Made by a program: the position numbers and the translations under genes. The notes below the pieces were generated by a model. The model searched no databases, was not told the DNA's origin, and saw only the letters and a list, made by a program, of their open reading frames with translations. Shown here piece after piece: positions 17,608 through 26,078 of a stretch of 32,000 bases of DNA. The DNA comes from Okeania sp. (GTDB lineage: Bacteria; Cyanobacteriota; Cyanobacteriia; Cyanobacteriales; Microcoleaceae), in contig NZ_JAYKGW010000061.1 in assembly GCF_035285525.1 (NCBI RefSeq), positions 55,085 through 87,084 on the forward strand, read 5' to 3'. The stretch's first letter is position 1, and each line of letters begins with the position of its first letter.

Positions 17608-18483
17608 ATGATTACCACAAAAACTTGGAAATGGCAAGGTCTACCAATATGTTATCAAAGCCAAGGCGACCAAGGACCTCCTGTAATCTTAATACATGGC
17701 TTTGGAGCTTCTTGGGGACATTGGCGCAAAAATATTCCCGTATTAGCCAAAAGTTGTCGCTGTTATGCTATTGACTTACTAGGTTTTGGCGGTTCAGCTA
17801 AACCTACCCCAAGTCAAGATGTCACCTACACATTTGCCACCTGGAGTCAACAAATTAGTGATTTTTGTAGAGAAATAGTTGGCGCTCCTGCTTTTCTCGT
17901 GGGAAACTCTATTGGTTGTATTGTAGCGATGCAGTCAGCAGTTGATAATCCTAATCTTGTTTTGGGGGTAGGAATTATTAATTGTTCTTTACGACTTCTA
18001 CACGAACGGAAACGCTCCACTCTTCCTTGGTATCGTAGTCAAGGCTCGCTAATATTACAAAAATTGCTAAAAGTCAAGTGGATAAGTCAGTTATTTTTTA
18101 ATCAGTTAGCAACTAAGAAAACTGTAAAGCGAGTATTATTGGAAGCATATAAACGTCCTGAAGCAGTAACAGATGAATTAATTGAGATAATATTGAAACC
18201 TGCAAAAGATGAAGGAGCGGTTGATGTTTTTGTAGCTTTTACTGGTTATTCTCAAGGACCTTTAGCAGAAGATTTATTACCAATATTGCCCTGTTCAGCT
18301 ATTATTTTATGGGGAGAAGAAGACCCTTGGGAAAATATTGAATTAGGAAAAGAATTTGCTAAGTTTAAAACTGTAGAAAAATTTATTCCTTTACCAGGAA
18401 TTGGTCATTGTCCTCAAGATGAAGCACCAGAATTAGTAAATCCTATTTTGCAAGAATGGATATTAGAAAAATGGAAGTGTTAA
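17608..18483 (+). CDS. Alpha/beta-fold hydrolase
   Basis: 291 aa. Oxyanion HGFGAS, nucleophile elbow GNSIGC (G-x-S-x-G) and catalytic His in GIGHCPQDE. The N-terminal WxWxG...YxxxG layout resembles plant/cyanobacterial pheophytinase/CLD1-type esterases (recollection). Confidence 0.85.
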   Translation: MITTKTWKWQGLPICYQSQGDQGPPVILIHGFGASWGHWRKNIPVLAKSCRCYAIDLLGFGGSAKPTPSQDVTYTFATWSQQISDFCREIVGAPAFLVGNSIGCIVAMQSAVDNPNLVLGVGIINCSLRLLHERKRSTLPWYRSQGSLILQKLLKVKWISQLFFNQLATKKTVKRVLLEAYKRPEAVTDELIEIILKPAKDEGAVDVFVAFTGYSQGPLAEDLLPILPCSAIILWGEEDPWENIELGKEFAKFKTVEKFIPLPGIGHCPQDEAPELVNPILQEWILEKWKC

Positions 18484-18557
18484 CTTGAACTTTCTCAAAA
18501 TAATTAAAAGTTAAATATTAGACTTTTTACAGAATTGGATAATAGGAAAAATATTTT

Positions 18558-18638
18558 GGGTACATCGCAATAAAGGAAAAAAGAAACAGGAAATAGGGAA
18601 TGGAAAAAAAGTCTTTTTGCAAATATTGAGATGCACCC
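18558..18638. mobile_element. Short MITE-F (TIR GGGT(A/G)CATC.CAATA)
   Basis: gggtacatcgcaataaagg ... gcaaatattgagatgcaccc, 81 bp. Related ends occur at 11704-11716 (ttgaaatgcaccc) and 26419-26450 (gggtgtatctcatatttacc). Confidence 0.45.
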
Positions 18639-18639
18639 A

Positions 18640-19011
18640 ATATTTTTAATAAAAATTACGAAAAAAATTTAACTTTAACTTTTTCTATAACTCTATTAGT
18701 CTGAATCTACTATTTTTTGATGAGCCAAAATATCCCTCAATCTCCATTCTTTAATTCTTAAATAGAAAAGAAAAATCAACATCAAATACTATGACAAAAA
18801 AATCTTCCACATCCGAAAAAAATTTAACTTTAACTTTTGCTGTAACTCTATTAAACATCTCCAAAAATACAAAGTAAAATTCAATTCTTATACATAAACT
18901 ATCAATTACTCTTCCCTGTTCCCAGTTAAGCATTCCCTCTTTTCTGGAGAAACCTATTAATTTGAGTATGCTGTTTTTTTAAGGAAATAAAATATCACTT
19001 AATCTCCATTT
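18640..19011 (-). repeat. Decayed tandem duplication of the GUN4-domain gene 3' end plus downstream flank
   Basis: 18751-18830 aligns to 19012-19090 (gene 3' end) at roughly 70-75% identity with an offset of 261 bp. aaaatatc(a/c)c(t)t(c/t)aatctccatt precedes both. A third partial unit lies at 18659-18750 (cgaaaaaaaatttaactttaacttttt). Confidence 0.6.
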
Positions 19012-19503
19012 TTAAATCTGAGATAAAAGCTCAAAATAAAAATCAGATACTAATATAAAAAATCCTCCATAACCTTCATTATCTATAAAAGTATCAATAC
19101 CCCAAAAAGTGGGAAGATGACCCAATGGTGCATCAAGATTAAAAGTATATTGAGATGGATAATTAAGCCAAACTCCTTCTTTGCACCAACCCACATAATC
19201 GGCTAATTTGCATATAATACCAACTTGCCAAAGATTTTCTTGATTTACTTGATTAAGTTTGTTAGCAGATATTATCTGCTTATGTATAGAAAAACCAAAA
19301 TGATTATTACTATATTTTAACCATAACTTATCAAGAGTTTTTATCTCTACAGACATTTCTTCAATATCTTCAACATCATATATTTCCATGAGTATTTTTT
19401 CTGTTTCATCATTAGCATATTGCCACTTTTGTTGTTCGAGATAATTATCTAAATTTGCAAATAATAAAAAGAAATTGTTATCTTCTGCTTCCATCTCTAA
19501 CAA
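19012..19503 (-). CDS. GUN4-domain protein (stand-alone core domain)
   Basis: 163 aa. LDKLWLKYSNNHFGFSIHKQI, VGWCKEGVWLNY and FNLDAPLGHLPTFW resemble the conserved GUN4 core motifs (W..YS.G.FGFS, GW, AP.GHLP). Assigned from motif memory. Confidence 0.65.
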   Translation of the reverse strand: MLEMEAEDNNFFLLFANLDNYLEQQKWQYANDETEKILMEIYDVEDIEEMSVEIKTLDKLWLKYSNNHFGFSIHKQIISANKLNQVNQENLWQVGIICKLADYVGWCKEGVWLNYPSQYTFNLDAPLGHLPTFWGIDTFIDNEGYGGFFILVSDFYFELLSQI

Positions 19504-19570
19504 CTCCTTTGATTTTAACTTATAAAGATGTTACCTACAAATTACGCTAATCACTCTTAATCTTCAACTT

Positions 19571-19685
19571 ATATCATGTTCGGATAATTCAGTGGAAAAA
19601 AAATTTCTCCCTTCTAACCTTTTCTTTCCTTCTCCCGTCTGCCTTACTTCCTACAAAGTGTTAAGTATTCAACCGAACATGATAT
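19571..19685. mobile_element. MITE-E (perfect 13-bp TIR ATATCATGTTCGG)
   Basis: atatcatgttcgg ... ccgaacatgatat, 115 bp, in the spacer upstream of the GUN4-domain gene. Confidence 0.6.
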
Positions 19686-19714
19686 TAAATATTAACTTAG
19701 AGAAAATATTAAAA

Positions 19715-19888
19715 TCAACCAATTGACAATATAATTAATAATGAAACTACACCAATAGCTATCAATATAATTCCTGCAAGTAAGACAAAATTTATATACA
19801 AGTTTAAATTTTTTTGAGCTGTAGGATTAAAAGTTATAAATAAACATATAATTCCCAAAAGCAAAAAAACAATAGGAATAATAAACAT
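19715..19888 (-). CDS. Candidate 57-aa two-helix membrane peptide (below the ORF-track cutoff)
   Basis: Hand translation gives MFIIPIVFLLLGIICLFITFNPTAQKNLNLYINFVLLAGIILIAIGVVSLLIILSIG*. Two hydrophobic helices joined by a polar loop. No obvious SD. AT-rich DNA readily yields I/L/F-rich ORFs, so confidence is low. Confidence 0.25.
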   Translation of the reverse strand: MFIIPIVFLLLGIICLFITFNPTAQKNLNLYINFVLLAGIILIAIGVVSLLIILSIG

Positions 19889-20088
19889 AATTAGAAGACA
19901 ATATTTTTTATTCTTTCTGTTCTATCGGAAAATAAAAATTGATAACAGAAGAGATACTAAAGCAAACTTTGCTGAAAAATTATTTTTTATTCAAGGAGTA
20001 GAGTAGAAGGGGATTAACTTTTTCTCCCTTGTCTACCCAAAATGTTAACCCTCACAGAACTATCTATCAATTATCAATTATTAATTAT

Positions 20089-20323
20089 GTAAGCATTCAG
20101 CTATCAGCTATTAATTTTGAAGAAGGTAAAACAACCCTTGAAATTGAGAAACAATAAAAAGTTACTGTCAAAGTTCCCTTCCCAAAGCTCAGAAATAATT
20201 ATTCATTACTAATTGCTTTTAACATTTTGCTTTTCGGCTGTCGCCGAGATAAAAAGCTGCAAACATATAGAGCATTCTGTCAGGAAAAAGCATTAGCGTA
20301 GCTGCTCCGCAGAAAATACTTAT
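20089..20323. mobile_element. MITE-B-like copy (right end degenerate)
   Basis: gtaagcattcagctatcagctattaa ... gcgtagctgctccgcagaaaatacttat. The inner ctgctccgcag block mirrors cctgcggaggagctgc of copy 17214. Confidence 0.45.
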
Positions 20324-20365
20324 TCCATTATTAATTATTAATTATTAATTATTAATTATCCATTA

Positions 20366-22384
20366 TTAATTATTTTTTGCCATTTGATTTTCAAATATTT
20401 CTAAAGTTCTGAGAAGAGAAACTGATGACCGAAAAGCTTCTTCAGTAAGCTCCATTTTTTCTTCAGGTGTGTCAACTATTTCATCAGCTAGTAATGTTAA
20501 AGAACCAATAATTGTATTCAGAAAACCACGAGCTTCATAGGATGCCTTAGCTAAAACTTGCTGGTCAATATATTTATCTGCTTCAGACTGGTCGCCAAAC
20601 TGTATAGAATAGAGACGATGATAGTAACCACCTTCTCTTGCTAAAAGTTCTAAATGAGTACCCATTTCCACTAACTTTCCCCGATCTAAAACAGCTATTT
20701 GATCCGCATTCTGGACTGTGGAAAGACGGTGGGCAATAACTAAAACCGTTCGATCAGAACTTAACTTATCAATGGCCTCTTGCACCAAACGTTCAGAAAC
20801 TGTATCCAGGGCACTGGTGGCCTCATCTAATATCAATATTTCTGGGTCTTGTAATAGCGCCCTAGCAATAGCCAATCTTTGTCGTTGACCCCCCGAAAGC
20901 ATAACCCCGCGATCGCCTATTTCTGTATCCCATTTTTTAGGCAAGTCCATAATAAAATCATAAGCATTAGCCTGTTTAGCCGCCTCAATAACCTCTTCCT
21001 CTGTAGCATTAGGACGGGCATAAATAATATTATTTCTGACTGTATCGTTAAACAGATGAGTAGTTTGACTAACAATACCAGTTTTCCTCCTCAGACTGGT
21101 AATATCAAAATCCCGCAAGTCAATGCCATCTATATCAATGGAACCAGAAGTAGGGTCATAAAATCTTGGTAGTAAGTCGGCAAATGTTGACTTTCCTGCT
21201 CCGGAACCTCCCACCAACGCTAAAGTTTTACCTTTAGGCACAGATATATCAATATTTTTGAGAATCAATTTAGTATTACCTGGGTAAGAGAAAGAAATAT
21301 TATTAAAATGAATGTTACTACTCACCTTTTCAAAAGGTATGGAACCAGGTTTCATAATTGGTTTATTATCTCTTCTCCATAAGTCTACGGCCATCTCAAA
21401 ACTAGCACTACCTTTGGCTATTGCATTACGACTGCTATTAATTTGAGAGACAATAGGTAGTAGGCGAAATAAAACTAAAAGATAAGTAAGTAGGATAGCA
21501 GAAACATTGGCAATTTGTTCGGCAAATAAATATCTACCCAATAGTAGAATACTAATTACCGTCATCATGCTTGTCACTTCATTTACCGGAGCTATTAAAG
21601 CAGAGTTCATTTGTGCTTTCAGCGCTATATCCTCTAGGGAAAGCATTAACTTTCTTATGGCTCTATACTCTCTATTTTCACTGCTTACTGATTTAATTAA
21701 CCGAATACCGCTCAGAATTTCAATTATCCTAATTGCATAATTTTTTTGTTCTCTATTTAAAATAGTACCAAATTTCTTTGACCGACGAATAAATAGCTGA
21801 TTAATTAATGCTATCAAAGCTACTAATAGAGAAGAAATTAAAGTAAGTTGCCAAGAAATAGAAATTAGTAAACTTACAAATACCGAAATAGTAATTAATT
21901 GAGTTGTTAAATTAACATAACCATTAATAGTTTGTATGCATTGAGCTGTATCCGAACCTAAGCGTTTTGCTAAATCTCCTACTTTGATTTTTGAGAAGAA
22001 ATCTAAATCAGTATCCATTAGTGTTTGTAACATTTCCGATTTAATCGTATTTGCCAGACTACGATTAAATGCTACTGTTAATAAACTTCTTAAATATGCC
22101 GTTAAATTTTTCAGAATAATAGTTAATATAACTGCTAACAGCATTACCACAAGGCGATATTTTTCTGGAACTCCATCGAAAGGAGATAGTAGAAATTTAA
22201 TGATAGGTGGTGAACCTTTCAGTGCAATTTCTTGACCAGAAATTTGCAGTAGTATAGGTACTATCAGAGCTGTATTAACTCCATTAAATAATCCGCCAGC
22301 AAATCCTAATATAATATTTCCAATAATTTGAATTTTGAAAGGTTTACGAAGAATAAATTTTAAGATAAATTCTTTTGCAGACAT
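20366..22384 (-). CDS. ABC exporter, fused permease-ATPase (MsbA/HepA-like) with a His-less HisKA-like C-terminal tail
   Basis: 672 aa. Six-helix TMD, Walker A GGSGAGKST, signature LSGGQRQRLAIARAL, Walker B ILILDEATSALD and H-loop IAHRLST. A 75-aa extension follows the NBD: LAKASYEARGFLNTIIGSLTLLADE... Confidence 0.93.
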   Translation of the reverse strand: MSAKEFILKFILRKPFKIQIIGNIILGFAGGLFNGVNTALIVPILLQISGQEIALKGSPPIIKFLLSPFDGVPEKYRLVVMLLAVILTIILKNLTAYLRSLLTVAFNRSLANTIKSEMLQTLMDTDLDFFSKIKVGDLAKRLGSDTAQCIQTINGYVNLTTQLITISVFVSLLISISWQLTLISSLLVALIALINQLFIRRSKKFGTILNREQKNYAIRIIEILSGIRLIKSVSSENREYRAIRKLMLSLEDIALKAQMNSALIAPVNEVTSMMTVISILLLGRYLFAEQIANVSAILLTYLLVLFRLLPIVSQINSSRNAIAKGSASFEMAVDLWRRDNKPIMKPGSIPFEKVSSNIHFNNISFSYPGNTKLILKNIDISVPKGKTLALVGGSGAGKSTFADLLPRFYDPTSGSIDIDGIDLRDFDITSLRRKTGIVSQTTHLFNDTVRNNIIYARPNATEEEVIEAAKQANAYDFIMDLPKKWDTEIGDRGVMLSGGQRQRLAIARALLQDPEILILDEATSALDTVSERLVQEAIDKLSSDRTVLVIAHRLSTVQNADQIAVLDRGKLVEMGTHLELLAREGGYYHRLYSIQFGDQSEADKYIDQQVLAKASYEARGFLNTIIGSLTLLADEIVDTPEEKMELTEEAFRSSVSLLRTLEIFENQMAKNN

Positions 22385-22607
22385 TAATATTTTCCTTGTG
22401 TCTAAGTTTAATTTCTACGAATATAGAATTCGGGTAATTAGTTATCCTAATTTGCAGTTCAGCCTTCGTTTGCTGTAACAATCTAGAAGATTGTGTTACA
22501 AAATTGAATATTGAAGTAATTATAGAGCTATAAACGTACACTATATAATCGGATTATATATAACTAATTATTGCGATTATTTTCATCTTCCCTAATCCCT
22601 ACTCTCT

Positions 22608-22685
22608 ACCCTAAAATAAATTCTAGGATAAATTATTTTGAGACATTGATATTTTTTTGTATCTAAGTTTAACTTCTACAAACTA
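22608..22685 (-). repeat. Duplicate of the ABC exporter 5' UTR, start codon and first ~13 codons
   Basis: 22608-22685 aligns to 22346-22425 at about 80% identity with a 262-bp offset. The copy keeps the ATG, but a 1-nt deletion gives ATG TCT CAA AAT AAT TTA TCC TAG. Confidence 0.6.
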
Positions 22686-22953
22686 TTACTAAAAAATCAA
22701 GGTATAAAGCTTCTCGTTTTAAGGAGAAAAAAAGTGCTAGGATATTTCCTTACTTTCAATTACCCCAAGTTTTTAACCAGACGTAATATAAGCATTTCCT
22801 GCCGAATGTGCTCCCATTCAGCAGTCAGCTATTAACTATCAGCAATGAGTTATTAATTAGGACTTGCGTATGGAAAACTAAAAGTATTTACCGAATAATT
22901 AATAATTAAATAATTAAATAATTCGCGCCTTTTCCCTATTTTAATTTTCTTTT

Positions 22954-24156
22954 CTATACTTTGATTAAATTTGATAAAATAGTTGCCATAGCATCAATAC
23001 TATAGTAATTAATGCACCTTTCTCTAGCTTTGATACCTTTAGCATTTGCTGTTATTAAATCATTAAATATTAACTCAATTTGTGCTGCTATTTGTTCAGG
23101 AGAATTAGGTTCCACCAAATAACCAGCGTCGCCTATTATTTGAGGAAGATCGGCTACTTTTGTTAGTATAACTGGTTTAGCCATCGCCATACCATCTAGA
23201 AGTTTTAAAGGAAACTGTGCTTGAGTTGCTAAATGATTTCTTTGAGGAACTACTACTATATGGGCGGCAGCTACAATTTCTGGCATAATATTAGGTGGAC
23301 ATTTAGGAATTTTAATTATCCAACGTCCCCATTTTTGCATTAATTGTTTATCATAATCATCATAAGGACTACCACCAACAATTACCAATCTTAAGTCTGA
23401 TTGATTCAGATTTTCCAAAGCTACTAAAACATCTTCTACTCCTTTGTAGGGTCGAGGAGCTCCTGGAAACATTAGTATCCTATAACTGATCAACCCGTAC
23501 TTAATCCTACTTTCTTGTGGATCGTACTTACTAGGATCGAATAGAGTTGCATCTTTTCCCATAGGAACATAAACTCCGCCAAAACGTTTTTTGATAAACT
23601 GGCTATTAGAAGTAACTTGGTCTGCCTGAGAAACTAAATTTTCCATCCTTTTTAAATAAAATGGATGGTCTGGTTGTCGCAAAGCTCCATTTGACTTAAG
23701 AATATCTCTAGCTAATTGTTTAATACTTGGATTGTATTTCCAATCATCTCCTCCATGCCAACTCATCTCCCAGTCACACATATCTAGAAATAGTGGGCGA
23801 CTGGTTTGGATTTTTTTGATTAAGCCTATACCAAATGTTGTAGTTTTTAGTTTAGAGGCATAAATAATATCTCCAGTAATCTTTTTCAATAGCTCTTGAG
23901 CAGAAAGTACAAATCCTGGATAATTTTTCTTCTGAGGAATAGAAATAATCGGAATTTCAGTCTGAGTGATAGTTGTAGGAGAGTTTTCATCAACAAAGCC
24001 AACTATTTCTACCTCATATCCAATCTTTTTTAAAGCTTGAGATAAGTAAAAGGGGCGTACTGCTCCTCCCCATCTACCTGCTCCACTACTGGATAGGTTA
24101 GCTATCATAGAAATTTTAACCAAGTTTACTACCCTCCAAATTACTAGGTTATACAA
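22954..24156 (-). CDS. Glycosyltransferase family 4 (GT-B, GT1-type Pfam)
   Basis: 400-aa maximal ORF. The C-terminal half has the GT4 pattern (VGGSPYDDY..., AAAHIVVVPQR, FPLKLLDGMAMAKPVI). The true start is probably internal, either TTG at 24123 or ATG at 24108, giving the typical (M)KISMIANLSSSGAGRWGG N-terminus. Confidence 0.85.
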   Translation of the reverse strand: MYNLVIWRVVNLVKISMIANLSSSGAGRWGGAVRPFYLSQALKKIGYEVEIVGFVDENSPTTITQTEIPIISIPQKKNYPGFVLSAQELLKKITGDIIYASKLKTTTFGIGLIKKIQTSRPLFLDMCDWEMSWHGGDDWKYNPSIKQLARDILKSNGALRQPDHPFYLKRMENLVSQADQVTSNSQFIKKRFGGVYVPMGKDATLFDPSKYDPQESRIKYGLISYRILMFPGAPRPYKGVEDVLVALENLNQSDLRLVIVGGSPYDDYDKQLMQKWGRWIIKIPKCPPNIMPEIVAAAHIVVVPQRNHLATQAQFPLKLLDGMAMAKPVILTKVADLPQIIGDAGYLVEPNSPEQIAAQIELIFNDLITANAKGIKARERCINYYSIDAMATILSNLIKV

Positions 24157-24201
24157 AAACTTTTAACTATTTTTCAAGTAGCGATCACCAATCAAATTTG
24201 C

Positions 24202-25080
24202 CTAATGCTTTTTTAATTTAAGCATAAATCTATTCAATGCTAACCTAGTTATACCAAAACTTATAAATCGTCCTATATGCCATCTGGCTAATCTTAAAGT
24301 TAGAAGATGTTGCAGATATTCTATATATTGCTTCCAGGTAACTTTGCTCTCTCCTTCCAAACGTTCCTGAAATACATAACCGACTTCTTGGATCAAACCA
24401 ATATGGCCTCTACCTAAAATCTCTATTAAGATTTTGTATCCTTTTGGGTTGAGAGTTTGGTTAGCGATCGCTCCTCGACGCACCATAAAATATCCACTCA
24501 AGGGGTCAGAAACTCGTCCCACTACTTCTGGTAAAATAACCAACCCCAAAATTTGTGCCCCACGAGACAAAAATCTTCTAACTATATTCCAGTCACTTAC
24601 ACCTCCATCAGTAATATGACGACTAGCTACTGCTAAATCAGCACCTTTCTCAATTTGTGCTAGTAGTTTTAAAATAGTCTCTAGAGGATGTTGTAAGTCT
24701 CCATCAATAACTCCTAATATATCTCCTTTTGCTACTTGCCAACCACGAATAACTGCTGTAGAAAGTCCTCTTTCTTTTTTTCTACACATCACCCGAAGTT
24801 GTGGGTATTTTGGTGTCATATTCTGAGCTATTTTCCAAGTTAAGTCTGGACTATTATCATCTACTACAATTAATTCATAAGTATTAGGAATTTTAGTATC
24901 TAATAGTTGAGTTAATTTTTGAATAAGTGTGGGAATATTTTGACTTTCTTTGTATGTAGGAATTACTAGAGAAAGTTTAATTTTTTTTGTGTTTAATTTT
25001 ATGTTTTTTTCTGCTATTGCTGTAACTTCTAATAAACCAGTTGGAGCTTTTATCCATGAATTTTCTTGACTTTTTATCAT
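24202..25080 (-). CDS. Glycosyltransferase family 2, polyprenyl-phosphate sugar transferase (DPM1/GtrB-like)
   Basis: 292 aa. LSLVIPTYKESQNI, ELIVVDDNSPD and DGDLQHP (DxD) are typical of dolichyl/undecaprenyl-phosphate glycosyltransferases. Confidence 0.88.
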   Translation of the reverse strand: MIKSQENSWIKAPTGLLEVTAIAEKNIKLNTKKIKLSLVIPTYKESQNIPTLIQKLTQLLDTKIPNTYELIVVDDNSPDLTWKIAQNMTPKYPQLRVMCRKKERGLSTAVIRGWQVAKGDILGVIDGDLQHPLETILKLLAQIEKGADLAVASRHITDGGVSDWNIVRRFLSRGAQILGLVILPEVVGRVSDPLSGYFMVRRGAIANQTLNPKGYKILIEILGRGHIGLIQEVGYVFQERLEGESKVTWKQYIEYLQHLLTLRLARWHIGRFISFGITRLALNRFMLKLKKH

Positions 25081-25270
25081 TAATTTATTTTTAGATTAAT
25101 ATCATTAATTACTGTTTATTTTGCTCATTTTACTGTGAATATTAAATTGTAAAATCAAGCTTTTTTTATGTATTAACTAAAGATTTATTTCAAAATAATT
25201 AGTTAGAAATTACTAATTAAATACCAAAGCATTTATAGATAAAGATAAAGGATTTAGAGATCAAGATTTG

Positions 25271-25414
25271 GTAAGGATTCAGCTATTAGCAATAAAGCCC
25301 ATATTTAGTGTAGTAAGTTCTAATTTGCTTCAATTAATAATACTGTTATTAAAACTAGGAACAATAGCTATTTTCGTCTACTGGATAGGAGACTAACTGA
25401 CGGCTGAATGCTTA
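25271..25414. mobile_element. MITE-B copy
   Basis: gtaaggattcagctattagc ... ctaactgacggctgaatgctta, 144 bp. Confidence 0.7.
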
Positions 25415-25591
25415 TAATATTTGAGCAATTTTAAGTCTGGAAAAGGTACTATATTTTGGGTATAAGCGATCTGAAAAAATGATAATGTTGTTCTAATTTG
25501 TTCTAACTATAGCAACAAAATTACTCTAAACTCCTGTATAAAAAAACACCCTCGCTACTTCCTAGTTCAGCCAAAATACTTTCCATAAGTT

Positions 25592-25792
25592 GTAGGCATT
25601 CAGCTATTAGTCGTCAGCTATTCCTGCGGGATGCTGCGCAAACAGCAATAATATCTAAATCTTAAAGAGGAGTTTTAAATAAATGTAGCCTTTAAAAGTC
25701 AGGTTTTATAGTGAAATTCAATTTAACTCATCAATAGAGGTTTTATTTCAAACTAAAATAAATAGCTGATAGCTGACGTGCAGAATGTTTAC
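25592..25792. mobile_element. MITE-B copy
   Basis: gtaggcattcagctattagtcgtcagctattcctgcgggatgctgcgcaaacagc ... agctgatagctgacgtgcagaatgtttac, 201 bp. Confidence 0.65.
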
Positions 25793-25862
25793 CCCTAGTT
25801 AAATATGAGCTATTATGATTTATTTTTTATTTATAAAAATCATTTTACCCAATGCTCTTATT

Positions 25863-26078
25863 TAGGGTTAGCTGAATAAATCTTAAAGCATTCATCTATA
25901 AAGATTTTAGACTTTTTAGCTAGGGAAAAAGTACAAGGTTTTTGTTCTTCAATTGCTAAAAAAGTTAGGATTTTGGTTGACGCGAGGCAGAAAAACTAAA
26001 GGATAATTTTTCCCCTTATCTTCTGTAAATTCTCTACTTATCCTGGATTCTGGATTATGACTTATGGCTCCTCTAAGG
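25863..26078 (+). mobile_element. MITE-A copy (right end decayed)
   Basis: TAGGGTTAGCTGAataaatcttaaagcatt...aaaaagttaggattttggttgacgcgaggcagaaaaactaaagga...cctggattctggattatgac. Confidence 0.55.

Noticed and set aside
18751-18933. 60-aa ORF on the minus strand
   Set aside because: Its 3' part is a decayed copy of the GUN4-domain gene 3' end (period 261 bp), and the rest is low-complexity. Treated as a duplication relic, not an independent gene.
20879-22235. Three plus-strand ORFs (20879-21172, 21507-21740, 21984-22235)
   Set aside because: All are antisense within the ABC exporter gene. Shadow ORFs.
22344-22541. 65-aa ORF on the minus strand overlapping the ABC exporter start
   Set aside because: It runs through the promoter and 5' UTR in a different frame from the exporter, overlapping its first codons. 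It has no motif and AT-rich composition, and the exporter start at 22384 gives a normal N-terminus.
24202-24290. The GT2 C-terminus (RFISFGITRLALNRF...) might be the stub of a lost GtrA-like membrane domain
   Set aside because: Only the RF.sFG start resembles GtrA. Just 45 nt separate it from the next gene and no remnant is visible, so I cannot support a truncation claim without an orthologue alignment.
24434-24619. 61-aa ORF on the plus strand
   Set aside because: Antisense inside the GT2 gene.
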